Of a stretch of DNA of 64,000 bases, positions 27,544 to 41,700 are shown in pieces. A model generated the notes under the pieces. The model did no database searches and was not told the DNA's origin. It saw only the letters and a list, made by a program, of their open reading frames with translations. The first letter of the stretch is position 1. Each line of letters opens with the position of its first letter. Source of the DNA: Octopus vulgaris (taxonomy: Eukaryota); contig OX597817.1 in the NCBI GenBank assembly GCA_951406725.2, forward strand, positions 23,808,001 to 23,872,000. Reading direction: 5' to 3'. A program made the translations under genes and the position numbers.

Positions 27544-27835
27544 CAGGGTGTTCAAAAATCCTCTCAACAGTATTTTATTGTAAAATAAATATTTATAAAA
27601 TGGTATAAGACTACAAAAGAATATATCAGACTTTACAAAATTTAAAAAAAAAAACTTTAAAAGAGGCATTGAAAGTGTCGTCCTTCATTTTCAAAACTTA
27701 AGTTGACTCTCTTCTACACATGTTTTGAAATATAACTTGGAGAGTTTGACGCGGTATGAACCAAGTGAAGGTTATGATTGCATCTTTTAGCTCATTAATG
27801 GGTTTTTACTGCAGAGAGACTTTTTGAACACTGTG
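27544..27835 (-). mobile_element. Internally deleted Tc1/mariner-superfamily element (MITE-sized)
   Basis: TIRs CAGGGTGTTCAAAAATCCTCTCAACAGTA vs reverse complement CACAGTGTTCAAAAAGTCTCTCTGCAGTA. Minus strand keeps a transposase-like C-terminus NELKDAII...RVNLSFENEGRHFQ. Confidence 0.75.
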
Positions 27836-28111
27836 TGCTTTTATATATATGTATATATATACAAAACAAAGTATAGACAATGGTACTTTGTCTTGCATAT
27901 CGCTCTGCCTAAAAAACAGCATAACTGGTGCGCAAACACAGACTTACAATATCGAATATCAGATGGTGATGAACTATAACCTCAGACTCTGCTACAAGAA
28001 TACATGAAGATCTTTATTAATCCCAACAATACTGTGGCCTAGTGTACCAACAAAGAGCTTATGAATTATTCTGCAGGGATTAATAATATCTCACAAATAA
28101 TTACACACACA

Positions 28112-28173
<62 letters not shown>

Positions 28174-28189
28174 GCTAGCTACTAAAGCT

Positions 28190-28355
28190 TTTTTTTTTAT
28201 TCTCTCTGTTTTTTTTCTCGTATTCCTTTCCGTTGAAGAGCGTAGGCTCGAAACGTAAAAGACTTTCGCGTCTTCCTGAGCGTTAGACGAATACACGAGT
28301 TTGTTGTTTACACACCTGTCCTCGTTTTGTTTTTGTTCTTTTGTAAACTCCAACT
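28190..28355 (+). mobile_element. Short HHR-bearing element, copy 3
   Basis: cttt-CCGTTGA-A-GAGC-gtag-GCTC-GAA-ACGT-A-aaag at about 28226-28261. Same downstream blocks as copies 1 and 2. Confidence 0.75.
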
Positions 28356-29639
28356 ATAAATACATACATACATACATACATATACATACACATAGGATGG
28401 GTAACAAGAGAAAACAATATAGGGTAGCAGTAAGTGGAGGCTCCAGGAAAGTGTGAAAGTACTGGAAAGAAGAAATTTTTGGAGCCCTCAGAGATGGATA
28501 GGACATGTCAGCTATAACTTTAAGGAGCGGAGAAATACCAATGCTAGATGCGAGAACAAGCTCCCAGTGCAGTGAATCTAATTCAAATAAGGAAGATCAA
28601 TAGGAAGGAGAAACACAAAAAAGAAAGAAGAAAGCAAAGGACAACTGATGAGGTCACGGAAGTGTGACGAAAGAACTCTGTCCGAAAAACAATTAAAATG
28701 AAATAAAGGTGAAACAAGTGAACACTAAATATATAGTGCGTGTGTTTTCATTGGCTAAACTGGCAACATGACCATCCCTAAATACAACAATATATATATA
28801 TATAATATAAAATCGGACAAGAACACAAAACATTAGGACTGCTAGGTGATACAAAAAGGGACAATAAAACATCCAGATAGACGATATAAAGAAAACAAGA
28901 ACGAGTCATTCGAAGTTTTCTTTCCTCAGTCAAGCACCAGATTACCCTCGCAATTTCGGCTGATTATTCTTGAGGTTGTTCCAATATGGCCAACCCCAAG
29001 GAAAAACTAAGCTAAGAGCATTAGATTCCTTTGAAGAAAGCAGTGAATGTATACAAAAGCAAGGACGGAAAAAGCGGACGTTACACAAATATAAATACAA
29101 GTAAAAAAAATACAATATATATATAAATACACACATACACACGCATACAAACGCAGAGAAACATACTTACAAATATGGGTTGCTACAAGGTGACAGGCCT
29201 TGTTTAACCTAAACCCATATAATATGATTTTATTTTCCTTTAATTCTTTTCTTAATTACATTTGGATATGGACTAAAATAAATCTAATTTTAGACGTATA
29301 AAATATTAGATACACATAACTGTCGAAAACTGAAAATTACGTTTTACTTTATTGGAAATCTGAACTGATACGTGCACTGTCCATTTCAAATGATATTTTG
29401 TTGTATGGCCAGGGTGTTGTCATGTTGGTATTCTTTGTCATCTTGTCTCCCTTCATCAACATCCTCTCGCACCATTTTGTTTCTGACTCCTCCCCGTCTT
29501 ACTATTTCTGAACAAATACTCTACGAAAATATAATACGCGCAAAAACTGTGTGTGCGCGTGCTTATGTGTGCGCTTGTGTACGTGTGTGTATGTGTGCGT
29601 GTTGTGCGTGAGTGTGTGTGTGTGTATGTGTGCGCGTGT

Positions 29640-29870
29640 GCGGCGACTTGGCAGAACCGTTAGCACGCGGGGCGAAATGCGTAGCCGTATTTCGTCTGCC
29701 GTTAGGTTCTGGGTTCAAATTCCGCCGAGGTCCACTTTGCCTTTCATCCTTTCGGGGTCGATAAATTAAGTACCGGTTACGCATTGGGGTCGATGTAATC
29801 AACTTAATACCTATGTCTGTCCTTGTTTGTCCCTTCTGTGTTTAGCCCCTTGTGGGCAGTAAAGAAATAG
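29640..29870 (+). mobile_element. Family A SINE, full length
   Basis: GCGGCGACTTGGCAGAACCGTTAG head, GGTTCAAATTCC B box, GCCTTTCATCCTTTCGGGGTCGATAAA core, GTAAAGAAATAG tail. Confidence 0.9.
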
Positions 29871-29932
29871 CTGTGCGTGTGTGGATGTTGTGCGTGTGTG
29901 TATATGTGTGTGTGATATTACATGATATATAT

Positions 29933-30118
29933 CAGTGCACCACAACCGGTATGCAGCGGCATACTGGTGTGCCACAAGATGATATTACGTGTGCCGCAGA
30001 GTAAACTGAGTATAATTTTGTGACCCTATACTTTTAGATATACTTTTAGCTCAGGTGTGTCACCGAATTTTGAAAAGAATATAAGTGTACCGCAAATGAA
30101 AAAGACTGTGGAGCACTA
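29933..30118. mobile_element. hAT (Charlie-like) MITE
   Basis: TIR CAGTGCACCACAACC vs reverse complement TAGTGCTCCACAGTC. Repeated GTGTGCC subterminal motifs. 8-bp TSD ATATATAT/ATATGTAT. Confidence 0.75.
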
Positions 30119-30582
30119 ATATGTATTTGTCGATATAAATTTATACAAAAAGGGACAACAAAACATTCAGATAGACGACACAAAGAAAACAAGGACGAGT
30201 CATTCGAAGTTTTCTTTCCTCAGTCAAGCACCCGATTATCCTCGCAATTTCGGCTGATTATTCTTGAGGTTGTTCCAATCTGGCCAGCCCCAAGGAAAAA
30301 CTAAGCTAAGAGCATTAGATTCCTTTGAAGAAAGCAGCGAATGTATACAAAAGCAAGGACGGGAAAAAGGGACAATGTTACACTAATATAAATACAATAA
30401 AAAAAAATACAATATATATACATACACACATACACACGCATACAAACGCAGAGAAACATACGTACAAATATGGGTTGCTACAAGGTTACAGGCCTTGTCC
30501 CATCATCCGTGCTGAATTTTGTGATTACATTTATCGATATTTTCCATGCTTAAAAGTAAATAAAATCTCTGCTGTTAATTAC

Positions 30583-30630
30583 TTGCACCGTTTGCCACAT
30601 ACATTCGGTAAAAGACATAAATTGAACAAC
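30583..30630 (-). other. Candidate 48-nt micro-exon
   Basis: Minus strand ttgtattacag|GTTG...GCAA|gtaatt. Length divisible by 3 and open in all three frames. Confidence 0.25.
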
Positions 30631-31215
30631 CTGTAATACAAACTCAATGGTCTAGCATTGCTTTTGTACCTAATCACCAGAAATCAATATGTAACGATGT
30701 GAAGGACTATTTTTGACTTTATCTATGTTGTGTTTACGTGGTAAATATTATTTGTATAGTTCCTGTACTAACAACTATCTACTTTATACTTGAGCAAAAT
30801 AGCTCTTATAAATCTATCTATTCTGAATTTACAGAACAAATAAATATTTTCCCCTGCGGGGGGTCTATGATGTGTTTACGTTTCTTCCAAGCAAACTTCT
30901 AGGAAAATATATGCTGAGTAACGTTGAAAAGAATGGTCTCTGCAATGACTTGATGTTCCGGAAGTGAATTATGTTATTTCTAGGTACTGAATTGTTATTT
31001 AAATTATTTGTCATGGTAATGTTTTCTTATTCTTGCCGCGTTATAAGCGTCACATAGAAATCGTTATATTTTCTTTCTCTCTACCCTTCCTCCATCTTTC
31101 TTTCTTGCTTTCTTTGATGTATCGCAGCAGATAGTTTTCTTGAACTGTGCATCTGGGATCAAACATATTCTTCAGAACAAGGATTTACTAAGGCGTAATA
31201 ATAATAATAATAATA

Positions 31216-31254
<39 letters not shown>

Positions 31255-31264
31255 GTTATTGTTA

Positions 31265-31317
<53 letters not shown>

Positions 31318-31328
31318 ATTATTATTAT

Positions 31329-31400
31329 TCAGTAGTTTTATTTTTATAGCGTGCTTTCACTTCACTACCGAGCGCAGCTATGTGTGCCTTGGGTATGTGC
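31329..31400 (-). mobile_element. Very short insert in (TAA)n, probably the 3' tail of a TAA-targeting retroelement
   Basis: 72-bp island flanked on both sides by (TTA)n. The minus strand ends AAAAATAAAACTACTG-(AAT)n. Confidence 0.5.
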
Positions 31401-31429
31401 TATAATTATTATTGTTATTATTATTATCA

Positions 31430-31497
<68 letters not shown>

Positions 31498-31499
31498 TT

Positions 31500-31755
31500 A
31501 AAATGACACCAGGCTTATCATCCCTACAGGAAGTGCAAAAGATCGTGTTAACTGGAACGACTCATGTACTGAGAAGAGCATTATCGCCGTAAAAACAACA
31601 TCCATTCATAAATTTATCCATTTTTTTTTTAAATACATATTTTACCTGAGAATTTGCGTGTGTAATCTGGGAATGCATACAATGAGCATCTCTGCCTTAG
31701 GTGTACGGAAAACACTTGGCGAGAAACGGAAGAAAATTTGAAGAAAGGAGGAAAA
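31500..31755 (+). mobile_element. 5'-truncated R4/Dong copy (last ~30 codons plus 3' UTR)
   Basis: MTPGLSSLQEVQKIVLTGTTHVLRRALSP* vs MIPGLPSLQEVQKIVLTGTSHVLRRALSM* of the large element. Homologous 3' UTR, followed by (TAA)n. Confidence 0.9.
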
Positions 31756-31780
31756 TAATAATAATAATAATAATAATAAT

Positions 31781-31961
31781 CTGAGCCCCACCTGCAAGGT
31801 CATGTGCTGTTTATCTTGATATGGGATCACCATGTCGCGCACATATGGTTGTGATGCATGTGCCTAGTGTTCCCTTATCAGACGGGTAGTCATGATGGGT
31901 ATACTGGGCTTCGTATATTTTACCCAGTGTCACTTTGATGACATGAACTCCTCTCTTACTC
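31781..31961 (+). mobile_element. Non-coding interspersed repeat fragment embedded in (TAA)n
   Basis: Flanked by (TAA)n on both sides. Its first ~45 bp (CTG.GCCCA.CCTGCAAGGTC.TGT..TGTTTAT.TTGATATG) recur at 36758-36800. Confidence 0.6.
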
Positions 31962-32026
<65 letters not shown>

Positions 32027-32186
32027 TAATAAAAAAAACAATAATAAGATACTGCTGTGACTACACATAAAACAATATCACTGATGATGATGGTGGTGAT
32101 GGTGATGGTGATGATGATAATGATGATGGTAATGGTGGTGATAATGATGATAGTGATGGTAATGGTGATGATAATAACAATAATAA

Positions 32187-35100
32187 GCCGACTACGGCTG
32201 CTATAATGGTACGATTATAATTGTAACGGCAATGATGGCCGTCTCCCCACGAGCCAATCAAAGCTAAAAAATGATAACATTATCGTAGCACCAAAATGTT
32301 TTTGGAAACTAAAAGGAAAACTAAATCAGTATACCAAATCGCTTGTCCTATGGTTAATCTGGAAGCGCGTCCCCCAGGGAAGAGCCAGCCTGGGATCGAA
32401 AAGTCATCAACTGGCACAAACTCTTCTCCGAATACGGACATGGATGGTCACTTGAACGGAAAATCCCCCAACTCGAGCCCTCCAAGTTCACCACCACAAC
32501 CACCACAGAAAGAAAAATGTAAGCGGAACAAATGGACCCGAGAAGAATATAAAGAAGTAATATACGCTTATTACTATGCATTAGGTAGGCCATCTCAAGA
32601 GAGACACACCGCAAACTCTTACAGTATATGGAGAACACGGAATCAAGACAGTAGGCCCTATTTGGACGAGAACAAATTAGCAAATGTGAGGAGGGATATC
32701 CTTAGAAATAACAGACTCACAGACAGTGAAATAAGCGCGATCAAGCACGCAACGGAAAATGACACAAATATAAGACACAAAGGAAATGAAGAATCAGATG
32801 AACAGTATAGCCCGCCACTAGACTTAATTGAAAGACTGCCATCTGACCAAAGTACGCAAATGCCTGAAGATACAAGAAATTCTATTGTACCTGTTAAAGA
32901 TAGCCAGGAAAACGAAAAAACAACAGTAACTGAAGATCTCGCATTTGCTGAAGAACACAGAGAGTCTATAGCAGAAATGAGGCAGAAAATCCTGAATACG
33001 CTTGAAGTTGTAAGACATACAAGTATGAATGATAGAGAACCACTTCATAAACTTTCATATACAAACCAAAATAAAAAACAAATCCAAATTGGCAACTATG
33101 TAACAAATGAAATAATAAGAGAATTAAAACCTGATTTTACTGAGTTAAATGAAATTATTTACGCTTCTGCTAGGGCAATTGAAACCAGCTGTATGCCCCC
33201 GAAAAAACAAAGAAAACAAAACCTGGGAAGAAATCAAACCTGGAGAAGTAAAATTGAAAAAGAGATTGAATTTATGAGAGGGGAAATATCAATATTAAAT
33301 GAACTAATATGTGGAAATGATGTAAGATCCAGAACAGGAAGAAAGATGAAGAGAAAATTTGGATCCTCACCAAGAGAAGAACTGATATCAATAAAAGAAA
33401 CGCTGAAACAAAAAGTCCAAGCAAAAGCCCAAAGAATACGAAGATTTGAGAAGAGAAACAAGTTTTACAAGCAAAATAAGCTGTTCACATCCAATGCCAA
33501 AAAATTCTACAGAGAAAAGGGAAGGAGAAAGTAACCGTTAAAGACCCCCCTCCCATGGAAGAAGTTCAAAACTTTTGGAAAAGGATTTGGAGTGACAAGA
33601 AGACGTACAACATAAATGCAGACTGGATTATACAAACTGAAGGATCCTACCAAAATTTACAACAACAAGCATGGGAAGACATCACAATAGCAGACCTAAG
33701 AAAGGCACTCACGAAGGCCCATAATTGGAAATCTCCCGGTAAAGATAGGGTGCCGAATTTCTGGCTCGCATCGCTCCCATGCGCACACGGTAAGCTAGTT
33801 CAGCTGCTTAATGGAATTATGAGAGACCCAAAGAAAACACCTGAATGGTTAGCAAGTGGCATTATTTACCTACTCCCAAAGAATAACGAAACCAACCTTC
33901 CAAAAAACTATCGGCCTATTACCTGTCTATCCACCACGTATAAAATCCTAACATCTATCCTGGCGGAGAAAACATATGCATTCATGGAGAATAACGATAT
34001 TTTCCCCATTGAACAAAAAGGGTGCCGCCGAGGCTCTTACGGATGCAAAGATCAACTGCTAATCAATCGTATGATCCTTGAGAACTGTCACAACAAGCGC
34101 AGAAATCTCAGCACCGCATGGATTGACTACAAAAAGGCCTTCGACAGTATACCGCATCCATGGATCTTGAGATCGCTGGACATCTTCAAAATTTCCCCTG
34201 TGATTTCAAACTTCCTGAAGCACAATATGTCGTTGTGGAATACGAATCTCCAATTATACCACTCTAATGGAGTACTTGCCTCAGAAAATATAAACATCAA
34301 CTGTGGAATTTTTCAAGGTGACTCACTTTCACCTTTAATATTCTGCATAGCCCTAATACCCCTTACAAGTGAATTAAACAGAACAGGGTATGGGTATAAA
34401 TTGCCAATAAAAAAATAAGCCATCTATTTTATATGGATGACTTAAAACTTTATGGTAAAGACAATAATGAACTTGAAGGCCTATTGCGCACCATGAAAGC
34501 ATTCAGCGATGACATCGGGATGGAGTTTGGACTTGAGAAGTGTGCCAAGGCCACTTTCCAGAAAGGGAAAGTGAAGACCACAAATTCAGTCGTGTTAGAT
34601 GTTGACACAGTCATAAGAGAGCTTGAGCAAGAACAAACATACAAATATTTAGGGATAAATGACGGCTCTGGTATTCAGCATGCAAGCATGAAAGAGAAAA
34701 TCAGGAAGGAATGTTATAGGAGAGTTCGTGCAGTCCTGAAATCTGAACTAAATGCACGTAACAAGGTGTTAGCTATAAATTCCTTAGCAGTTCCAATTGT
34801 TACTTATAGCTACAATGAGTTGAACTGGAATATGAGTGAAGTAGAGAATATAGATAGGAAAATACGCAAGCTGCTGAGTTGTAATAGGATGCACCACCCA
34901 AAGGCAGACGTAGATCGCCTTTACCTTCCCAGAGCCCAAGGAGGTCGAGGCCTGATCCAATTTGAACTAGCTTACAAAACAACCACAATTGGACTGGCCA
35001 AATATCTCGAAATATCGAATGACTGGATGCTAAAGCTCGTGGAAAATCACGAGAGACGAAAGAAGCTTCATTCTATCATAAAGGAAAGCAAAAAAGTTGC

Positions 35101-36155
35101 TATTGATCTCGTGCAGGTTACCCAAACTGAACAACCCGAGGGAAGTATGCCAACTATTGTTGCAAAGAAGGTGAAAATGATGGCAATGAAGAAAGCGCAC
35201 GAGCAATTGGCTGATACGTGGGAGGAGAAACCTCTGCACGGCATTTATGTGACCCGCAGCAAACAAGCTGATGTTGACCAGAAGCAAACCCATCAGTGGC
35301 TACGGAGCTCAGGGCTAAAAGCAGAGAGCGAAGGTTTCATCCTGGCTGCTCAAGATCAAAGCCTATCAACCCGGAACTACCAGGCCAATGTGATGAAAAA
35401 TGGAGCAGACCCAAAATGCCGATTCTGCAACGACATGATTGAAACAGTGGACAACCTAATCTCTGGATGTAAAGTCTTAGCACCAGTGGAGTATAAATTA
35501 AGACATGACAGAGTTGGCCAATATCTCCACTGGCTAATAAGTCGGCATTACAATATCAAAACTGCCGACAAGTGGTATAATCACCACCCTGAGGCTGTAA
35601 CTGAAGGAGAAAATGTAACCATTCTGTGGGACTTTCCAGTACATACAGACCGAACCATCAAGGCCAATAAACCAGATATTGTTGTGAAAGACCAAAACAA
35701 TAAAGTTTGCTTATTGATCGACATGAGCATCCCCTGTGATCATAATATCTCAGCGAAAGAGTTTGACAAGCTCAGAAAATATAAAGACCTACTCATTGAA
35801 ATTGAGAAAATGTGGCATCTCAAGGCGGTTACAATACCAGTAATCGTAGGAGCACTAGGAATGATCAAGAAGGGAACCGAAAATTATATGAGAATGATCC
35901 CTGGCTTACCATCCCTGCAAGAAGTGCAAAAGATTGTCTTAACTGGTACATCACACGTATTGAGAAGAGCATTGTCGATGTGAGAACTGTTGCTGCTCAT
36001 GTATTTTAATTTAACTTTAAAAAAAAAAAAAAAAAAGAACGAACTACTGAGTTTGGTTTAATGGCCTACCAATGTATGCTATGAGTTTCTTTACCCTAGG
36101 AGTCGGGAAGACTCTCGGCAAGGAATAGAAGCAAATTTGAAAGAAGAAAAAAAAA
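32187..36155 (+). mobile_element. Near-intact R4/Dong-clade RLE non-LTR retrotransposon inserted in (TAA)n
   Basis: Single long coding region, ~170-bp 3' UTR ending in an A-run then (TAA)n. TAA repeats also lie upstream. The 5' boundary is approximate. Confidence 0.93.
32296..35983 (+). pseudogene. RT-RLE polyprotein (~1229 aa if repaired) split by two -1 frameshifts
   Basis: Myb-like KWTREEY; RT motifs KSPGKD, NYRPITCL, EQKG, WIDYKKAFDS, GIFQGDSLSP, YMDD, YKYLG, GGRGL; knuckle CRFC..ETVDNLISGC; RLE motifs RHD, KPDI..LID, KLRKY. The three ORFs are each offset by -1. Confidence 0.93.
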
Positions 36156-36197
36156 GTAATAATAATAATGATAATAATAATAATAATGATGATGATG

Positions 36198-36304
<107 letters not shown>

Positions 36305-36494
36305 AAGAAGAAGAAGAAGAAGAAGAATTTCTTTATTAACCACAAGGTTTACATTAAGAAAATCTTTATGGACAGCACAGAACAAAACTAAGTATGTGTG
36401 TAAACGTTATGCAGCAGTACCAGACATTGGCTTACATGGCATCTGATCTTCACTGCTCTGAAGTTTGAACATGCATTTCTTTCGTTGTTTCATC

Positions 36495-36800
36495 TTGGTA
36501 AATAGGGGGGCTACAGCAAATATTCTGCTCAATACGACAGATTTACTTGCCAATTGCTTGATCTTAACCAGTTGAGCATCTCCCCAAATGCTTGTAGATA
36601 TATTAGTTTCTGACCACGTTTGTGAGTATCAGAGCCATGAGCTGAGAAGAATTCTTTGAGGATTGGAAATATGGGCGCTTCGTTCATGATCATTAAACAA
36701 ACATTATTTAAGGTCCTCATGAGCGAAATGGGCTACTCGGCCTAATGAAATTTCCAACTGGGCCCAACCTGCAAGGTCTTGTATTGTTTATGTTGATATG
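36495..36800 (+). mobile_element. Diverged non-coding interspersed repeat, same family as 31781-31961
   Basis: Its 3' end overlaps in sequence with the 5' end of 31781-31961. The 5' boundary is approximate. Confidence 0.45.
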
Positions 36801-36817
36801 CTATCGGATATCAAGGA

Positions 36818-38003
<1,186 letters not shown>

Positions 38004-38769
38004 TATCTCCGTGCTTAATAACAACATGGGTATGCTACACAGAGATCTACAATCAAAAACAAATCTAATATAATAACATCGGTGGAATAGGATAAAGGAA
38101 CATGTGCAAGACTTGAAGGAAGCGGTCTTTTAACGAAAATAATCACAAAATCGAAATGTTGCTGCCTAACAAAGCACGGTTTCTCTCGTGCACGATGTGT
38201 CAGTGAAAAATGTGCGAAATACACACGCGAAATCAACACCAGAAAGTTTACAAATTATAAAGTATGAATGGAACAAAACAGTAAGTAATTACGCATACGC
38301 TCGAATGTCTACACAACCATATATACATTTTAACACCCATAGGATTACACTTACATCCTAATTTTTACACAACTACGTGGAATTTACAAAACAGACATAC
38401 ACACATATGAAAACACGTGTTACAAACGAAGCAAAAACAAAAACAAAACGATTTTCTTATGTTTCAAACTAACACAGACAGACTGAACAATTCATGAGCT
38501 TACAAATACCACAAAAACCTATGCACGGAAATAAATCTATGAACAAAAAAATATAGACGAATACAGATCTGTTAGCTTTGAAAAGCTGCGTTACGAGCAA
38601 TGTTTACATGCAGAGAAATCGGTGGCGACGTTGTCTCAGAAATTTAACCCTAAACAGACAGATCCGTCCCCTAATATCAACGTCAAAGCTGGTCATCATG
38701 CCTCGGTGATAACAGTAAAATACAAACCAAATTTGTCGTTACCCGAAACACCAATGATCGCATAGTCGA

Positions 38770-41700
38770 ATGATGAAACGGATTCTATACGAAAACTCAG
38801 CTACTGGTTCCAATCTTCCCGAAACACAGCAGCTGGAAGTACCCCACAACCGTAATATTCCAACAGATGGTCATCCATGCTCGTCATCAACCAAAAGAAA
38901 AAGAATTCAAAAAATGTCTAGGGTAGATAATAAAGAAGTTCTTACGGCCTTCTAACATGACATATATTTCCCAACAAATAAATCTAATACGGTACAAACC
39001 TACTTAAATTGAAGATAGAAACACCTTGAAGTAAGACCCTACTTAGGCAGTAACAAACTTGCCAAAGTTAGAGGAAATATTATGAAAAAGAAATTACTAA
39101 CTGAATTAGAGACTGGCCAAATTAAACAATCTGTAAGGGATAAAAGGAACGAAGTTGCAGTTAAGGAAGATATTACAGAGGAAATAATTATAGACCAGCC
39201 TAGGGCTGATGAAAATGCAATAATGATTGAAAGAGTTAATGTAACTGATAAGCAAAGTGAAATATTCTCGAGCCGACCATAAGCACTAAGGCAGATGAAA
39301 ATCAAATAGATGAAGAAAGTCACACAGAAATTAACCCAACAGAACTATATGATCTAAATAATCAAATCATGAGTGAATGGCTGAAAATTAAAGAAACCAG
39401 AATAAATGAACGCGACACTCTCCCAAAATTCGCAATTCTAACCAAAACCTGAAAATAATTGGTAAAATCTGCCTTGCACTTATGGATATAATGTCAGCTA
39501 ATGGTGTTGGTATTACAGATCTCAACCACCTGTACTATGCATCCGCGAAAATCTCAACGATTCTATATGGTGAAAAGATTAGAAAACGACAACATTCCCA
39601 CAAAAATCCTCCTTGGCTAGAGTGTATTCAGCACCAAATTCAGATACTTAGGGCTGACATAGAATGTTTAAAAAAAACTTAAGTGTGACAAAACTATCAA
39701 ACCAACAAAAATCCGAAAATTAAAAAAAATAGATATGAGTCATATTTCACACGATCAAGCAAAAGGTATGTGCTAAAGATGCTCGCATACCAAGGTATGA
39801 AAAGTGCATTAGATTCTTCAAGGACAACAACAGGTAAAACAAATTACAGGAAGATAGGGAAAATAACAATTACAGTAAAGTCTATCTCATCAAAAGAAGA
39901 AGTGCTGGAATTTGGGAATAAAATTTGGGCAGAAGAAAAAACACAATAAAAAGGCTCCTTGGATTGATAGAATCTCTACAGACTTAGATTCCTTAGAAGA
40001 GCAAAAGTGGGAGGATATCAAGGGAGAGGATTAAGATCTTCTCTGAGGAAGTCAAGCATATGGAAGTCTTCTGGAAAGGATAAAATTCCTAATTTCTGGT
40101 TGAATGCCTTCCCAGAGAGCCATGAACTGCTAACAAAACTTTACAACAATGTTTTGAAACAACCTAGTATGCTGCCCTCTTGGCTAGTTAATGGTGTAAC
40201 ATTCCTACTTCCAAAAAATGAAGAAACGAATAAAACAAAAACTTGTAGACACATGACCTGCTTAACAACAATGTATAAAATGCTAACATCTGTCTTAACC
40301 AATATACTTATAATTTTTTAATAGAAAGTGGCATATTCCTTAATGGGCAAAATGGATGTAAACGTGGGTCCCTTGGTTGTAAAGATCAGCTACTCATCAG
40401 TAAGATGATCTTGGAAAATGGTCACAAACGACACAAAAACTTGTCAATAGCCTGGATATACTATAAAAATCTTATGATAGCCTACCACATAGCTGGATAA
40501 AGAAGTGCCTGGAAGTGTATAAAATAGCACTTACTCTGCGATACTCCTTGTCTGTAAGTATGAGATCATGGAGAACCTCACTGCTTTGAACGGTAACAAT
40601 GAATCTCTTAATGCTGGCGATGTAAATATTTCATGTAACATTTTCTTGGGTTGCCTCTCTATCACAACTTCTCTTTTGTCTAGCTTTAATACCTCTCTCG
40701 AAATTTCTCAATGATGTACAATACGGTTATAAAATGTTTGATAAAAATATAAATCATCTCATTTACATGGATGATTTAAAGCTCTTTGGAAAAACCGACA
40801 ACTACAGGGCTTACTAGCAATTGTTAAACAATTCTGTGATGACATCAGGATGCAATTTGGTCTCGATAAATGTGCAAAAGCTACCTTTATCAAAGGATAA
40901 ATGACAGAAACATCGAATGTTCATCTTGACCAGCAGAATGTCATAAACGAATTAGAATCAACAGAGAGCTACAAATACCTAAGGTATTTGAAGGGGAGGA
41001 AATCAAGCATTCAGTGATGAGAGAAAGGTTCAGAAAAGAATGTTATCACAGGGTAAGGGCAATACTCAAGACAGACCTGAATGGAAGACACAGGATGGAA
41101 ACGATCAATACTTTAGCCATACCGGTCGTGACATACAGTTTGTAAATCATTAACTGGTCAATTACTGAAATATGTAATCTTGAGAAAGAATTTACCTGCC
41201 ATGTAAAGAGGGTGGCGGTAGATTTTACAGTTGGAATTAACAATGAAGATTGTTACAATTGGCCTAGACACCTACCTGAAAAACTTTGAGGACTGGATGT
41301 TAAAACTTGTCTCAAAACATGAAAGCAAGAAAGCAACATACTCAGTAACAAAACAGGCAACGGAATATCTAAGTGAATTCCAAATACAACAAATTCCAGA
41401 ATCAGAGTTCTGGAAACAAGTACAGAGAAAGCTAAGTGTATGAAAACCTACGCTAAAACTGCTGCCTTGATATTCTTACTGATAAATGGCAAGAAAATCC
41501 TCTCAGTGGAAAATACCCAAAAGGAGCTAATAGAGCCGATGTTGATAAAGTCCTTACCCATCAATGATTTTTGTCTTCTGGCTTAAAATCAGAACCAGAA
41601 GGATTTGTCATAGCAGCCCAAGATCAATTCCAGCCTACAAGAAACTACCAGGCCATCATATCAAAGAACGTCAGTAGTCCAACATGTCGTGTATGTCAAC

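Larger units (their letters stand above)
28849..30498. repeat. ~355-bp direct repeat pair (28849-29203 and 30143-30498)
   Basis: The two segments align along their length with scattered substitutions, including the microsatellite-like and unique 3' parts. Confidence 0.9.

Noticed and set aside
28901-29005. Hammerhead-like CTGAGGA-AAG..CTTC-GAAT on the minus strand (also at about 30195-30225)
   Set aside because: GAAA is broken, and there is no palindromic stem III or convincing stem I.
32187-32295. HDV-like ribozyme at the 5' end of the Dong element
   Set aside because: A TCCCCAC loop-like motif and a hairpin exist, but I could not build P1/P1.1/P2 of the nested double pseudoknot by eye. 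A descriptor search is needed.
33510-34435. Programmed ribosomal frameshifting between the three Dong ORFs
   Set aside because: R4/Dong elements have a single ORF, and the paralogous copy shows the missing bases. Mutation or sequencing error is simpler.
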